A DNA stretch of 64,000 nucleotides, taken from contig CAWBAT010000006.1 of assembly GCA_963786955.1 (NCBI GenBank), positions 352,001 to 416,000 of the forward strand. The letters are read 5' to 3'. Position 1 is the first letter of the stretch. Every line of letters begins with the position of its first letter. Below the pieces are notes generated by a model. The model did no database searches. It had not been told where the DNA came from and saw nothing but the letters and a program-made list of their open reading frames with translations. The position numbers and the translations under genes were made by a program. This DNA comes from an uncultured Acidimicrobiia bacterium. Lineage in GTDB: Bacteria > Acidobacteriota > Terriglobia > Versatilivoradales > Versatilivoraceae. Shown here piece by piece: positions 11,198 through 24,325 of this stretch.

Positions 11198-12222
11198 ATG
11201 CTCTCGTTGATCTTTCTCGCTATTCTTTTCTTACCTTTTGCTTTCGTGGGTGGTCTCGCGTTTCTTTGGAAATCAAAGCGCCACCGAATTTTACGCTGGA
11301 CGCTATTATCTTATCTGGGGGCCATTCCATTTTTCTTCTTTGTTGTTGGCCCATATGCCATGGCGAGAATCCTGACTCACGCCGGGAGTCGCCCGCCTGA
11401 CTTGAAGCTCAAAGAGACACCGGCGGACTATGGCGTCAATTTCGAGTCGATTTCTTTTGAGTCCAAGGATGGACTCCATCTCAATGGCTGGTGGATTCCT
11501 CCAACGACAAAGGATGGCGTGCTTATCTGCACCCATGGCCTGTTCCGGACCCGTGTGGAATTATTGGCTCGCGCCATGGTTGCAGCCAAATCAGGCTATG
11601 GGGTCCTCCTTTACGACTCCCGTTCTCACGGAAAGAGCGAAAAAGGCGTCGTTTCATTGGGGTGCCACGAAGCGAACGATGTCCTGGGAGCAATTCAATA
11701 TGTTCTTACACTTTACGAAGGGCGACCGGCGCCTAAGATTGTGCTGATGGGGGTCTCTATGGGTGCCGTGACGACGCTTCTGGCAGCTGCTCAGTCCGAC
11801 CGCTATGTTGCCATTGTGGTGGACAGCCCCTTTTCAGGCATTGAAGAGACCGTGATCGACCACACCTGGTTATTTTTCAAATTGCCCCGTTATCCCTTTA
11901 CCCCTCTATTCTTGTTCTGGTTCAACAATTCTCAGGCTGTGACCCGAGAATGGTGGATTCGCATCTTGCTTTAAGGCATCTTTTGCCTGTTCCGATGCTT
12001 TTCATCGGAAGCGAAGGAGATCGCCGCATCGGGCCTGATATTGCCCGGCATCTTTATCAGGAGTCGGATTCTCCTTTGAAACGGATTAAGATATTTGGGG
12101 ATGACGTAGGCCATGGCGCAGCCTATCGTCTCCACCCGATGACTACGCGGCGTGTACTCGTGGATTTCCTGGATCAGGCTCTAGCGAATGGTTCATCCGG
12201 GACAGCGGCTGGCGCACATTGA
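11198..12222 (+). CDS. Membrane-anchored alpha/beta hydrolase, frameshift near 11930
   Basis: SKDGLHLNGWWIP, THG, GVSMG nucleophile elbow, EGDRRI and VGHG in the second fragment. Confidence 0.85.
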
Positions 12223-12233
12223 GGCTGAGTACA

Positions 12234-12343
12234 AATTCATGATTACGGTGACGTTAACGCCGGTCGGTGACCCGGCCTACAACATTGTAGGCCGCGTGCC
12301 CCACGCCGCGCCTATCTAAGATGCCTCACCGTAATCATGAATT
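12234..12343. repeat. REP doublet inside 18-bp perfect inverted repeats (MITE/REPIN-like)
   Basis: aattcatgattacggtga at 12234-12251, its reverse complement at 12326-12343; inner ...cggcctacaacattgtaggccg... Confidence 0.8.
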
Positions 12344-12421
12344 CAGTACATAGCACGTATCCAGTGAGATCGCGCTTGGAACAACTCTTGCTGTGTTGAA
12401 GTCTCAAGGAGAAACTCAATC

Positions 12422-13287
12422 ATGACCACTTCTCAATTTGTCCTGGAAGTTGATGAAGCCCATTTCCAGCAGGATGTCATCGACCGGTCAAACGAAGTTC
12501 CTGTCCTGGTAGATTTCTGGGCCTCCTGGTGCGGACCCTGCCGAACACTGAGCCCAATCCTGGATAAATTGGCCAATGAATATCAGGGCGCTTTTGTTCT
12601 GGCCAAAGTCAATACTGAGGAAAATCCAAAAACTGGCCACGGAGTTTGGGATCCAAAGTATTCCAAACTGTGTTCTTTTTAAAAACGGTTAACCGGCAGA
12701 CCAATTTGTTGGAGCCTTGCCAGAGGCTGCCATCCGCAAATTTCTATCCCCGCACTGTCCCAAGGAGGCCGATAAGCTTTTTGTTATGGCTGAACGGATG
12801 ATTCACGATGAACGTCATGAGATGGGAGAGAAACTGCTTCAGGAAATCCTTACTATCGACCCGCTGCATTGGGCCACCCATCTCACACTGGCGAAACTAT
12901 TGATCCGGCTGCAGCGGCCGGATGAAGCACGGCGATCATCTTAATCAATACCCGGCTCGGCTGACGAATACGAAACAGCAGCCCATCTGAAAGACGTGTT
13001 CGTTTTTTTTGAAGAGTGCCAACCAGGCCGGTGGTGAGACAACTTGCCGGCAAAAGCTCGCTCAGAACTCCAGCGACCTGGACGCCCGGATGGGCCTGGC
13101 TTCCTGCCTGGCTTCCCAGGGCCATTATCGCGATGCCCTTGAAGAGTTTCTCACGATTGTCGCCACAGACAAGAATTATCGTGACCAAGAGGCGCGGAAA
13201 TCAATGGTGGCAATTTTTAGCCAGATTGGCGAAAGAAGTGAACTCTCTGAGGAGTACCGCACGAAGCTCGCGAGGACACTGTACTAG
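12422..13287 (+). CDS. Thioredoxin-TPR chaperedoxin (CnoX/YbbN-like), several apparent sequence errors
   Basis: [20 protein letters not shown]; C-terminal [12 protein letters not shown]...[10 protein letters not shown] typical of YbbN. Confidence 0.88.
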
Positions 13288-13394
13288 ATCCTTCGTTTTA
13301 TCAAGACGGACACGCGCCTCGCAGGAGATCGACTCTCCAAAGTACCATCATACCTGGAGGACGGAGTTCGACGACGCCGCACTGCCTTGTCAGG

Positions 13395-13802
13395 TCATTC
13401 CGTGGACATTTCCACGAGTATCTTCCAGACCTCTTCGCTGACCGGCATTACTGAAAGTCGCGAGTTCCGCACGAATTCAAAAGCTTTTAGTTTCGGGTGA
13501 CTCTTAATCTCGCTCAGCGGAACAGGGCGGTTAGCCGATGCCGTAATTTGATATCGACAACCACCCGTTTCGGATCCTTCAGCTTCCGATCCGGATAGGG
13601 ATCACTCCCTAGCTCGGCAACTCCGACTGCGGCTTTTTCATTCCCCGTATGATAAATGATGGCCAGATCACCTTTCCGAATCCGGCGAAGATGCTGTAGT
13701 GCCAAATTATTGTTCACTCCACTCCCAAACGGCCTGCTTGTTACGTTCGAGGTCTGAATAAGAATATTCAGACGGTTCGGTTTTTAGTAGCCAATACGCC
13801 AT
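13395..13802 (-). CDS. EVE domain protein, frameshifted
   Basis: MAYWLLKTEPSEYS start; NNLALQHLRRIRKGDLAIIYHTG; C-terminal FEFVRNSRLSVMPVSEEVW read manually. Confidence 0.85.
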
Positions 13803-13818
13803 TTCCATCCCTCAATGA

Positions 13819-14538
13819 TCATTTCTTGGGCGGTTTAGACGGCCGCATTTCCACGCAACTGGCAAGACAACGAGGGTCTTGCCTCAGCAAATCCACTACG
13901 ACCTGAGCGACATCCCCCGGTGAAAGTTTCCAGGAACTGCCTGCTGAAGGGTTATGGCCAAATGCAGTATCGACACTACCCGGCATGATGTAACTCACTC
14001 GAATATTGTCATAGCGCACGTCTTGCATCATGGCTTCACTAAAGCCATTGAGCCCAAATTTGGACGCATTATAGGCCGTGCCGCCTTTGAAGGGATTCTT
14101 TCCTGCCAGACTACTGATATTGATGATATATCCTCCACCGGCCTTCTTCATGTGGGGGATGACTTCATGACAGCAATAGAAAACCCCCGTCAGATTGGTA
14201 TCGATGACTTCTCTCCATTGCTGCGGAGTCATGTCACTGATACTGGCAAAATGTCCTACGCCGGCATTATTGATGAGAATGGTGATCTTGCCAAATCGAT
14301 CCGCCGTGAACTTTACCATCCTGACGACTTGCTCATATTGGCTGACATCGCAAGAAATTCCAGCCACTTTCCCGGGGAACAACTCCTCAATCCCCGCCAA
14401 GGTCCGAGAGACACCGACCTCACTCCGGGCGCAGATGACCACTTTGGCGCCCAGTTCAAGGAGTTGTTCTGCAGTCGCCCTTCCGATACCCTTCGTTCCC
14501 CCGGTGACAATTGCAACCTGATCCGAAAATGGAGTCAT
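13819..14538 (-). CDS. Short-chain dehydrogenase/reductase
   Basis: TGGTKGIG, NNAG, YNASK. Confidence 0.93.
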   Translation of the reverse strand: MTPFSDQVAIVTGGTKGIGRATAEQLLELGAKVVICARSEVGVSRTLAGIEELFPGKVAGISCDVSQYEQVVRMVKFTADRFGKITILINNAGVGHFASISDMTPQQWREVIDTNLTGVFYCCHEVIPHMKKAGGGYIINISSLAGKNPFKGGTAYNASKFGLNGFSEAMMQDVRYDNIRVSYIMPGSVDTAFGHNPSAGSSWKLSPGDVAQVVVDLLRQDPRCLASCVEMRPSKPPKK

Positions 14539-14627
14539 TTCTTTTTTCTCCTTCCTTAGAATGTAATCGTCCAAACGCATCCGTCATTTGCCAGGAGCCT
14601 GGACATTCGCATAATCTAGAGGCCCGC

Positions 14628-14738
14628 ACTGCAACCTTTCAATGGTTTGTTGTAGCCGGGGCCGCTGGCCCCGGACATGTGCCGGCCTCAGCGAGGCCGG
14701 CTACAACAGGCCGGTAGCCCTGCCGTGAAAGGCGTAGT
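14628..14738. repeat. GTAG-type REP doublet with imperfect outer inverted repeat
   Basis: tgtagccggggccgctggccccgg...gccggcctcagcgaggccggctaca; near-identical copies at 19701-19910. Confidence 0.8.
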
Positions 14739-14924
14739 TTTGCCACCTCACTTTAATCCGTAACCTAGCTGTGTCCTCACTTCGGAAAATACATGCGAAT
14801 TCCCCTGCTTCACTCACAAACCCAAAAATTAGAAATTCTGAGATTACACTATTTTATGTTATTAAATACGATGGAGAAAGCAAGTAAGGCTCATCCACTC
14901 AATTGAGGTCTGGCGGAATTTCTA

Positions 14925-15647
14925 ATGAAAGTCTCTCTATTTATTCCTTGTCTGGTCGACCAATTCTTCCCGCAAGTCGGCATGAACCTCTACAAAATCC
15001 TGAAGAAAGCAGGCGCAACCGTTGACTATCCAGCCGAGCAAACCTGCTGTGGCCAACCCGCATTTAACTCAGGGTATCACAGTGAAGCCATTGAGCTCGC
15101 CCAACGATTTCTCGAAGTCTTCCGTTATGCTGACTATATCGTGGCTCCTTCCGGATCCTGCACCAGCATGGTCAAAATCTTTTATCCCGAGATATTGGAT
15201 ACCCCGATGCTTCAGGAGACGTTGCATGAAGTCACTTCAAAGACCTACGAGTTTTCAGACTTTCTGGTCAACGTCATGGGGATTACGGATGTCGGGGCTC
15301 GCTTCCCGCATCGGATCACGTATCACGATGCCTGTCACTTGCTTCGCGAACTCCATGTGAAGGATCCGCCCAGAACTTTGATACGCAACGTCCGCGACAT
15401 TGAATTTGTAGAGTTGGCAAATTCCGAGAATTGTTGCGGATTCGGTGGAACGTTCTCCGTCAAGTATCCCGAAATCTCCACGGCGATGGCTGAAGACAAA
15501 GCCACAGCCATCGCGCAGTCTGGAGCGGAATACGTGGTCGCGAATGATTCGAGCTGTTTGATGCAAATCGCCGGCTACCTCAGTCGCAAGGGAATCCCCA
15601 CCAAACCCCTTCATCTCGTCGATCTGCTGGGGGAGGGCCTCTCTTGA
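14925..15647 (+). CDS. lutA: Lactate utilization protein A (CCG-domain Fe-S subunit)
   Basis: FIPCLVD, QTCCGQPAFNSG, YHDACH, CCGFGGTFS; operon order A-B-C. Confidence 0.92.
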   Translation: MKVSLFIPCLVDQFFPQVGMNLYKILKKAGATVDYPAEQTCCGQPAFNSGYHSEAIELAQRFLEVFRYADYIVAPSGSCTSMVKIFYPEILDTPMLQETLHEVTSKTYEFSDFLVNVMGITDVGARFPHRITYHDACHLLRELHVKDPPRTLIRNVRDIEFVELANSENCCGFGGTFSVKYPEISTAMAEDKATAIAQSGAEYVVANDSSCLMQIAGYLSRKGIPTKPLHLVDLLGEGLS

Positions 15648-15743
15648 ACCATCCATTTCAGACCATGATTCGTTCCTGCTCCTTATCACCCTTCGCTGCC
15701 TGCTGTTTATTTTTCATTTCGCATTTTTGGTGAACCCTATTTC

Positions 15744-17143
15744 ATGAACCTCACCCCGAGACTCTTCAAAAAATACGCTTCCGAAAACCTGGGCAATGCC
15801 CGTTTGCGTAAAACCTACGGCTCGGCCACCACCCATGCTCTGCAAAAGCGTCTGGACGCCATTCAGGAGGTGCCCGAATGGGAAGATCTTCGTGACAGAG
15901 CCCATGAGATTAAGAAGGATGTGATCAACCATCTCGATTACTATCTCGAGACGTTCGAAAAAAATGTGATTGCCAATGGCGGCAAGGTTTTCTGGGCCAG
16001 AGACGGTGCCGATGCTTCCGAATATGTCTTGAAAGTCGCTCAAGGAATTGGCACGCGGACGATCGTCAAGTCAAAGTCCATGACGACCGAGGAAATCGGT
16101 CTCACGCCAATCTTGGAAAAAAAAGGGATTGAGGTAGTGGAAACCGATCTGGGGGAATACATTATTCAGCTGGCCCATGAGATGCCTTCCCATATCACGG
16201 CCCCGGCGTTACACAAAACACGGGAAGAAGTAGGGGCAGCTTTTCGCGGAGAAGCTTGGAATCCCCTACACTTCTGTCCCTGAGGAGTTGTGTGACGTGG
16301 CGCGTAAAGATTTTAAGAGACAAATTCCTCTCTGCTGAACTGGGAATGTCGGGCGTCAATTTTGCATTGGCAGATACCGGCACCATCGTGGTCGTGGAAA
16401 ATGAAGGCAATGCCCGGCTTTCGACGACGATGCCCCGGATTCATATTGCCGTGATGGGACTTGAAAAAGTCATCCCGCGGTTCACCGATCTTCCCATTTT
16501 TCTCAGACTCTTGGGAAGAAGTTCCACAGGGCAAAAGCAGACCAGTTACGTCTCTCTCATCAGCTCCCCTCGAAAACCGGGGGAGAAAGACGGGCCCGAA
16601 GAATTTCACGTCATTATTCTGGATAACGGAAGGACCGACATCCTGGCCGATCCGAAAATGCGGGAGTCGCTTTTCTGCATTCGTTGCGGCGCTTGCCTCA
16701 ATACCTGCCCGATTTACCAGCGGGTCGGAGGACACACTTATGGTTCAGTCTATTCGGGCCCCATCGGTGCGGTAATTACTCCACTCTTTCAGGGACTCAG
16801 TAACGCCAAAGATCTTCCCTTTGCCTCCTCGCTTTGCGGGGCTTGCTCAGCCATTTGCCCCGTGAAGATTGACATTCACCACATGTTACTGTGGCTGAGG
16901 AAACAGGTGGTCGAAAGCCGGCAGACCCCCTGGCAGGAGCGGTTGGCCATGAAACTTTTTCTCGCGGGCATGAAAGACAGCCGAATTTATTCCTTGGGCT
17001 CATGGGCGCTCAGAGTGGCTCTAAAGTTCTCCGGCAATGCTCTGAAGATCCCGGGTTGGACAGAAACACGCGACTTCCCGGCGCCAGCAGAAAAATCATT
17101 TAAAACGCTTTGGAATGAGATGGAACGGAGGAAAGAAGACTAA
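15744..17143 (+). CDS. lutB: Lactate utilization protein B (Fe-S subunit), indels near 16240-16300
   Basis: KSKSMTTEE, ETDLGEYIIQL, VENEGN, CIRCGACLNTCP, SSLCGACSAICPVKI. Confidence 0.93.
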
Positions 17144-17856
17144 TGTCGGCCTCACGCGCTGAAATTCTAAGGAATATTCGCCTGGCCTTGGCCAAACCGG
17201 CACAGGCCCAACATGATGGGCATCATAAAACGATGGGTGACATGGCGAACCTGTTTCGGTCCGCCTCTGCGAAAGATCATCTGGTCGAGAAGTTTCAAAC
17301 CGAATTCGAATTGGTCAGTGGCGAATTCATTCGTTGTTCCAATGACGAGCAGGCTTTACACGGTTTATGTGAATTGATCCAGAGCGCAGGAGTTCGTACC
17401 GTGGCCATCTCAGACCACACAATTTGCGAACGCTTGCAGCTTAAAGAGGCTTTGCAGGCCGCCCTACCTGAAATCCAAGTTTTTAAGGAATCAATCGACA
17501 GCGAATCCTCCTATGAGAGGCATCATTTGAAAAGGACACTCTCCCATTTCCGGCTCTCTGTTACAGGCGCTGAGTTTCTGATCGCGGAGAGCGGAACCAT
17601 CGTGGTTATTACCGGAGCCCAGGCCAGCCGCCAGATCAGCCTCCTGCCGGAGATCCACGTTGTTCTGGCGACTCCCCAACAAATTTACCCCAACCTGGCC
17701 GAAGCGTTCCAGGTGATTCAAAAAGAAAAACGAACCCATCCTGGAAGCGCCATCACTCTCATCACAGGACCCAGCCGAACTGCGGACATCGAGAAAGTCC
17801 TGATCAAAGGAGTCCATGGCCCTACCCGAATTGTAACGATTATGCTTGAGGCGTAA
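17143..17856 (+). CDS. lutC: Lactate utilization protein C (LUD domain)
   Basis: IAESGT, SLLPEIH, ITGPSRTADIE..GVHGP; overlaps lutB stop (TAATG). Confidence 0.92.
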   Translation: MSASRAEILRNIRLALAKPAQAQHDGHHKTMGDMANLFRSASAKDHLVEKFQTEFELVSGEFIRCSNDEQALHGLCELIQSAGVRTVAISDHTICERLQLKEALQAALPEIQVFKESIDSESSYERHHLKRTLSHFRLSVTGAEFLIAESGTIVVITGAQASRQISLLPEIHVVLATPQQIYPNLAEAFQVIQKEKRTHPGSAITLITGPSRTADIEKVLIKGVHGPTRIVTIMLEA

Positions 17857-17875
17857 GTATGTCGCGTAGATTCGG

Positions 17876-17905
17876 CGGTTCACACTGCCTTTTCAGTGTG
17901 AACCG
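17876..17905. terminator. 12-bp perfect hairpin between convergent lutC and aldehyde dehydrogenase genes (terminator or REP-like)
   Basis: cggttcacactg-cctttt-cagtgtgaaccg; no clear U-tract. Confidence 0.45.
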
Positions 17906-18083
17906 TACGCGGGTAAGGCGTAATCGCCGGGCGCGCCGCCATACTGGGGTTTCGGTGAAACCACCTCACCTGATGCCGCATTTCGAAGGGGGCATTTAGA
18001 GATTTTCTCGCATACTGCATTAGAAAGGGGGAAAGTCATTATCCGTCAGCCACGGAATTTCCCTTCCCGTCTCTGGAGTAAAC

Positions 18084-19541
18084 TTAGATTTGATATTTCA
18101 GGTAAACGGTTCTGAGTTCGGTATAAAAATCGATGGCCACGCTTCCCTGCTCGCGGAACCCGGTGCTGGACGCTTTCGTTCCTCCAAAAGGTAACTGATA
18201 TTCGACTCCGGCAGAGGGGAGGTTGACAATGATCAGTCCCGCTTCGATCTTGTTGATATAGGCAAAGACTTTATTCAATTGATTGGTTAGTAAAGAAGCC
18301 GAAAGCCCGAATTTCACATGGTTCGCCATTTGGATCGCTGCCTCAAAATCTTTGACAGGCAGTACCACCAGCACCGGTCCAAAAATCTCCTCTTGGGCAA
18401 TCGTCATCTCCGGGGTGACATTGCCAAAAATGGTGGGCTCGACAAAGTAGCCCTTGTCGTAACCCAGCCCCGTCAGGCGGTTACCCCCACAAAGTAATTG
18501 GGCCCCTTCTTTCTTGCCTACCTCGATATACTTCAAAACCGTTTTTAATTGGTTTTCATCGACGCAGGGGCCCATTTCGATTCCCTTCTCCATCCCGTTC
18601 CCGACTCTCAGCTTCTTCGCCTTTTCCACCAGAATTTTCACAAAATCGTCAAAGATTGCTTCCTCTACAATCGCACGGCTCGTGGCAGTGCACTTCTGGC
18701 CCGTGGAGAAGAAAGCTCCGTTGATCACGATATCGGTAGCCATATTCAAATCGGCATCGCGAAGCACGATGGTGGGATTTTTACCTCCCATTTCCAGTTG
18801 GGTTTTAATCCCCTTCTCGACGGTCTTTTTTTGAATACCGTTTCCTACTCCGCACGACCCGGTAAAAGAGACTGCTTTTACCGCCGAATTCCCAATCATC
18901 TCGTCGCCGACAGTTGATCCTGACCCGGTCACCAGGTTCAGTACCCCTTTCGGAAGGCCAGCCGCATGGAGTGATTCCACCAAACGGACTGTGCATAAAG
19001 GGGCTACCGAAGCCGGTTTAATCACCACGGAATTCCCGGACACTAAAGCAGGAGCCATCTTCCACGCCGGGATGGCGATTGGAAAATTCCAGGGCGTTAA
19101 CAGAGAAACAACCCCGAGGGGTTTCCTGAAAGTATAGGCAAACACTCCCTCTCTCTCGGAAGGAACTGTTTCTCCAGTGAGCCGTGCGCCCTCTCCTCCA
19201 AAATAGCGAAAAATATTAATCGCCCGGCCTACCTCGCCTTTGGCCTCCGGCAGGGTCTTCCCCTCTTCGCGCGTCATTTCTACGGCAACTTCCTCAGCCC
19301 GCTTTTCAAGAATTTCTGCTGCCTTGGAGAGAATTGTTCCCCGATTAGGGGCCGGCATGGCTGCCCAGCCCGGTTGTGCGCTGGCGGCTGCCGAAAAAGC
19401 ATGCCGCACATCCTCGGTGCTCGATGACTGATAGCGGGCGACCTCCTCATCCGTGTTGGCCGGGTTGATACTCGGGAAAGTTTTTCCTGAAGCTGAATTG
19501 ACCCATTCACCATTAATAAAATTGCCGAATATTAAAGCCAT
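18084..19541 (-). CDS. NAD(P)-dependent aldehyde dehydrogenase (2,5-dioxopentanoate dehydrogenase-like)
   Basis: PWNFP, FTGS, LEMGGKNP, GQKCTA, EEIFGPV; substrate is inferred. Confidence 0.93.
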   Translation of the reverse strand: MALIFGNFINGEWVNSASGKTFPSINPANTDEEVARYQSSSTEDVRHAFSAAASAQPGWAAMPAPNRGTILSKAAEILEKRAEEVAVEMTREEGKTLPEAKGEVGRAINIFRYFGGEGARLTGETVPSEREGVFAYTFRKPLGVVSLLTPWNFPIAIPAWKMAPALVSGNSVVIKPASVAPLCTVRLVESLHAAGLPKGVLNLVTGSGSTVGDEMIGNSAVKAVSFTGSCGVGNGIQKKTVEKGIKTQLEMGGKNPTIVLRDADLNMATDIVINGAFFSTGQKCTATSRAIVEEAIFDDFVKILVEKAKKLRVGNGMEKGIEMGPCVDENQLKTVLKYIEVGKKEGAQLLCGGNRLTGLGYDKGYFVEPTIFGNVTPEMTIAQEEIFGPVLVVLPVKDFEAAIQMANHVKFGLSASLLTNQLNKVFAYINKIEAGLIIVNLPSAGVEYQLPFGGTKASSTGFREQGSVAIDFYTELRTVYLKYQI

Positions 19542-19700
19542 CGACTAGCACCTCCATGCGAGCAAAATGCAATAAAATTTCATGACTCAGACCGACGCTG
19601 ACGTTTGCCATCTTATGGGTGAGCCGGACTAATGTCAATTGGCGTCCCCTGTTCGCGATAACAACGATTCACGCGGGTCGTGAAATCTTGCGACCAATTG

Positions 19701-19910
19701 TTGTCGCCGGGACCGCTGGCCCCGGACATGTGCCGGCCTCAGCGAGGCCGGCTACAGCAGGCCGGATGGCCTGTAATTACTAGGTTGTGTAGCGACAGAC
19801 GTCCACGCCTGTCGTGGCATCTTGCAATGATTTGTTGTAGCCGGGGCCGCTGGCCCCGGACATGGGCCGGCCTCAACGAGGCCGGCTACAGCAGGCCGGA
19901 CGGAATCTAC
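19701..19910. repeat. REP cluster: two doublets flanking a gtagcgacag..ctgtcg palindrome
   Basis: Two copies of ccggggccgctggccccggacatg..gccggcctca.cgaggccggctacagcaggccgga. Confidence 0.85.
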
Positions 19911-20090
19911 CGGTGAGGCCCATGGTGGCCACCATTAGCAGGTGAGGGCGGAGTAAAGCTGTGTTATGATGAGCAGGAAATTGATAGTTGTATTCCCGCA
20001 TCGACGTCTTGGATTTCATGCGTTAGAATTGAATTAGGTAATGGATGATTTGGATATTTCCGCACCCAAAATCCCTGGGAGAATAGTCTA

Positions 20091-21960
<1,870 letters not shown>

Positions 21961-21961
21961 C

Positions 21962-22255
21962 ATGCTGAGCGCTTCGCAGAAAAAATATCTGAGAGGATTG
22001 GCGCATCACCGGAATCCCTCCGTCCGGGTGGGGAAAAAAGGTGTTGTGGATAGTCTGATCCAATCCGTCGACAGCCAATTGAATGCCCACGAACTGATCA
22101 AAGTAAAATTCGTCAATTGGAAAGACCAGAAGGATTCTTTGTCCGATCAGATTGCCACGCAAACCCAGAGCGAAAACGTGGGGAGTGTCGGGAATATTAC
22201 CATCTTCTATCGAAAGAATTCCGATCCTGAGAAACGGAAGATCGCGATTCCGTAA
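21962..22255 (+). CDS. yhbY: YhbY/CRM RNA-binding protein
   Basis: QKKYLRGLAH, VGKKG, HELIKVK, VGNITIFYR. Confidence 0.92.
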   Translation: MLSASQKKYLRGLAHHRNPSVRVGKKGVVDSLIQSVDSQLNAHELIKVKFVNWKDQKDSLSDQIATQTQSENVGSVGNITIFYRKNSDPEKRKIAIP

Positions 22256-22302
22256 GGGATTCGGTCGTGGATTCCAGAATCCGTGAAAAGTTCCGCATTC
22301 TG

Positions 22303-22863
22303 CTAGATGAACTCGCCAAACAGCTGGCGACTGGGAGCCGGAATCACAATGCGGCTGACAAGCATTCCTTCGTCCGATGCCGCCTTCGACCCGACCGCCA
22401 CCGCGGCTTCAACACTGGCCACATCACCCGTTAATAGAAGGAATCCTTTGCCTCCAACCGCCATGGCTAGATGAACGCGAAACAGCGTAATCTGGGCGCT
22501 TTTGACAGCCGCGTCGGCCGCATCAATAATGCTTGAAGCTGAAAACGTCTCGATAATCCCGAGAGCTTCTTGCTCCTCGGGCTTCAAGTCAACCGCATTG
22601 TAGATGGCTGGGAAAATTGCAGGATGCACTCCGGATATGACTCGCTGCTCAATCAACGCCCCGGTTGACTGTTCCACCCCGGCATTCACGCTTGCCGTTA
22701 CGGCAGCCGTATCCCCGGATACCACAACGAGGTACTTCCCAGAACAAATCGTACGGGCCAACAGTAACTGAACGTTCGCCGCCTTGAGCATGACATCCTG
22801 GACCTGATAGCCTATGCCGATGCTGGTCAACTCCATTAGTCCGATCGTATCAATTGAATTCAT
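22303..22863 (-). CDS. Tandem-domain microcompartment shell protein, PduT-like (BMC-T)
   Basis: Two BMC repeats (IGLMELTSIGIG..DVMLK; ALGIIETFS..AADAAVK..GGKG); TICSGKY keeps the PduT Fe-S-binding Cys. Confidence 0.9.
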   Translation of the reverse strand: MNSIDTIGLMELTSIGIGYQVQDVMLKAANVQLLLARTICSGKYLVVVSGDTAAVTASVNAGVEQSTGALIEQRVISGVHPAIFPAIYNAVDLKPEEQEALGIIETFSASSIIDAADAAVKSAQITLFRVHLAMAVGGKGFLLLTGDVASVEAAVAVGSKAASDEGMLVSRIVIPAPSRQLFGEFI

Positions 22864-22929
22864 GGGTTACGTTTTGTCCTTTGTCGAGCTGCAATGGTGA
22901 AACATCTGCGTTCGTTGGGGTCTAGCGAT

Positions 22930-24222
22930 TCATGCTTCGATGACAACACTGCCATCCACTTTTTGCACCCGCCCGGAAATACTGGCGTGGATGTTGGCGC
23001 CCAATTTCCCTTGAGGAGGGGTGCCGACGAGATCTCCCTCGCGCACCTTTTCCCCGACTTTGACGGTGGGGGTACAGGCCACCCCCGAATGCTGCTTCAG
23101 AGGGATGGCAACACTTTTAGGAATCAATGGGACATCGACGAGCGGACCGGTATTTCGAAATCCGGCTAAACCCAGTTTGTTGATCAATCGGCGGATGGGG
23201 GTGCGCCGGTCGGGGAAAAGCGGGTGCGGATGAACGTCCTCAGCTTTCCCCGTCCATCCCAGCTTTCGCTCCCTGGCAATGGGTTTGTCATGGGCGCAGA
23301 CATCTTTCGGGTCAAGGTCTTCTGGACATGAAATCAAACTGCATAGGTTACATTCACAGCAATACAAAGTACCCGAGATCATGCGATCCTTCTCTGGCGC
23401 AAAGCCAAGGGCCCGCATCGCTTTGTGAGGTTCAATGGGGTGCCCGAGTAAATACCGCGGGCAGAGCTCGGTGCAGAAATTGCACTGGTCGCAAGCTGAT
23501 TTTCCGATGCGATCGACATGAATCCATTCGCGCCGGTAGCGGCCGATCAACAGATGCTGACTGGGCAGAACAAATAACCCGCCCGTGATCTTCGTGACAG
23601 GTTCTTCTAGATTTGGCGCGAGCTTCCCCATCATCGTTCCACCCATGAGCACCTCAAACTGAGGCACTGTTGCTCCGCCTGCAGCCGCAATGACCTCTCG
23701 GATCGACGTTCCAACGGGGATTCTCAACGTAATCGGATTTTCAACGGCCCCGGCAATGGTCAAGTACTTGTGAGTGACCGGTTGCCCGGAGCCAACATTA
23801 ACCAGCGTTTCCACGTTGCAAACCACCGCTCCTACGTCCAAAGGCAATCCTCCCGGTGGGATCACGCGGCCAGTGGCGTCGTAAACCAGAATGAATTCGT
23901 CTCCGGCAGGGTAAGTGTCGGTAAGAGGAAGGATTTCAACACCGGAGGGCAATTGCGGCTCGAGGGCATGAATCACTGCTTCATATTTCCCTTTGACACC
24001 GATAATCGCTTTTCGTGCCCCGACACGCTCCATGCAGAGGCGCAGCCCCTTAAACATGTCCTGGGCACGGTGAATGAGTAATTCTTTGTCTTTATGAAGC
24101 AGCGGTTCACACTCAGCCGCATTTACAAGGAAGACTTCTGCCTTGGAGTTCATTTTCACAGAGGTTGGGAAACCTGCCCCTCCGGCGCCTACAACTCCGC
24201 ATTCAGCAATTGAATCACTCAC
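22930..24222 (-). CDS. PduS-like flavoprotein/4Fe-4S oxidoreductase (cobalamin reductase / RnfC-like)
   Basis: GVVGAGGAGFPT, NAAECEPLL, YPAGDE, SLBB region, CDQCNFCTELCP, CCECNLCSLISCP, C-terminal IPLKQH..GANIHASISG; GTG start after GAGGG. Confidence 0.9.
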   Translation of the reverse strand: MSDSIAECGVVGAGGAGFPTSVKMNSKAEVFLVNAAECEPLLHKDKELLIHRAQDMFKGLRLCMERVGARKAIIGVKGKYEAVIHALEPQLPSGVEILPLTDTYPAGDEFILVYDATGRVIPPGGLPLDVGAVVCNVETLVNVGSGQPVTHKYLTIAGAVENPITLRIPVGTSIREVIAAAGGATVPQFEVLMGGTMMGKLAPNLEEPVTKITGGLFVLPSQHLLIGRYRREWIHVDRIGKSACDQCNFCTELCPRYLLGHPIEPHKAMRALGFAPEKDRMISGTLYCCECNLCSLISCPEDLDPKDVCAHDKPIARERKLGWTGKAEDVHPHPLFPDRRTPIRRLINKLGLAGFRNTGPLVDVPLIPKSVAIPLKQHSGVACTPTVKVGEKVREGDLVGTPPQGKLGANIHASISGRVQKVDGSVVIEA

Positions 24223-24325
24223 TGGGTATCCCTCAAAATTTGATCTATCAAGACAGACGGCCCGAAACCGTTCATACAATAACATCGAACCGGACGAGTG
24301 CCAAGAATTGTCCCGAAAGGATCTT

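Noticed and set aside
12680-12700. Stop-codon recoding in the thioredoxin-TPR gene
   Set aside because: The interruption is TAA at a non-catalytic position in an error-rich stretch, with no SECIS-like context
19545-20090. TPP riboswitch upstream of thiC
   Set aside because: Conserved CUGAGA and THI-box core not found by eye
22930-24222. RnfC/RsxC of an Rnf complex
   Set aside because: The sandwich domain is C-terminal as in PduS, the neighbour is a BMC-T gene and no other rnf genes are present
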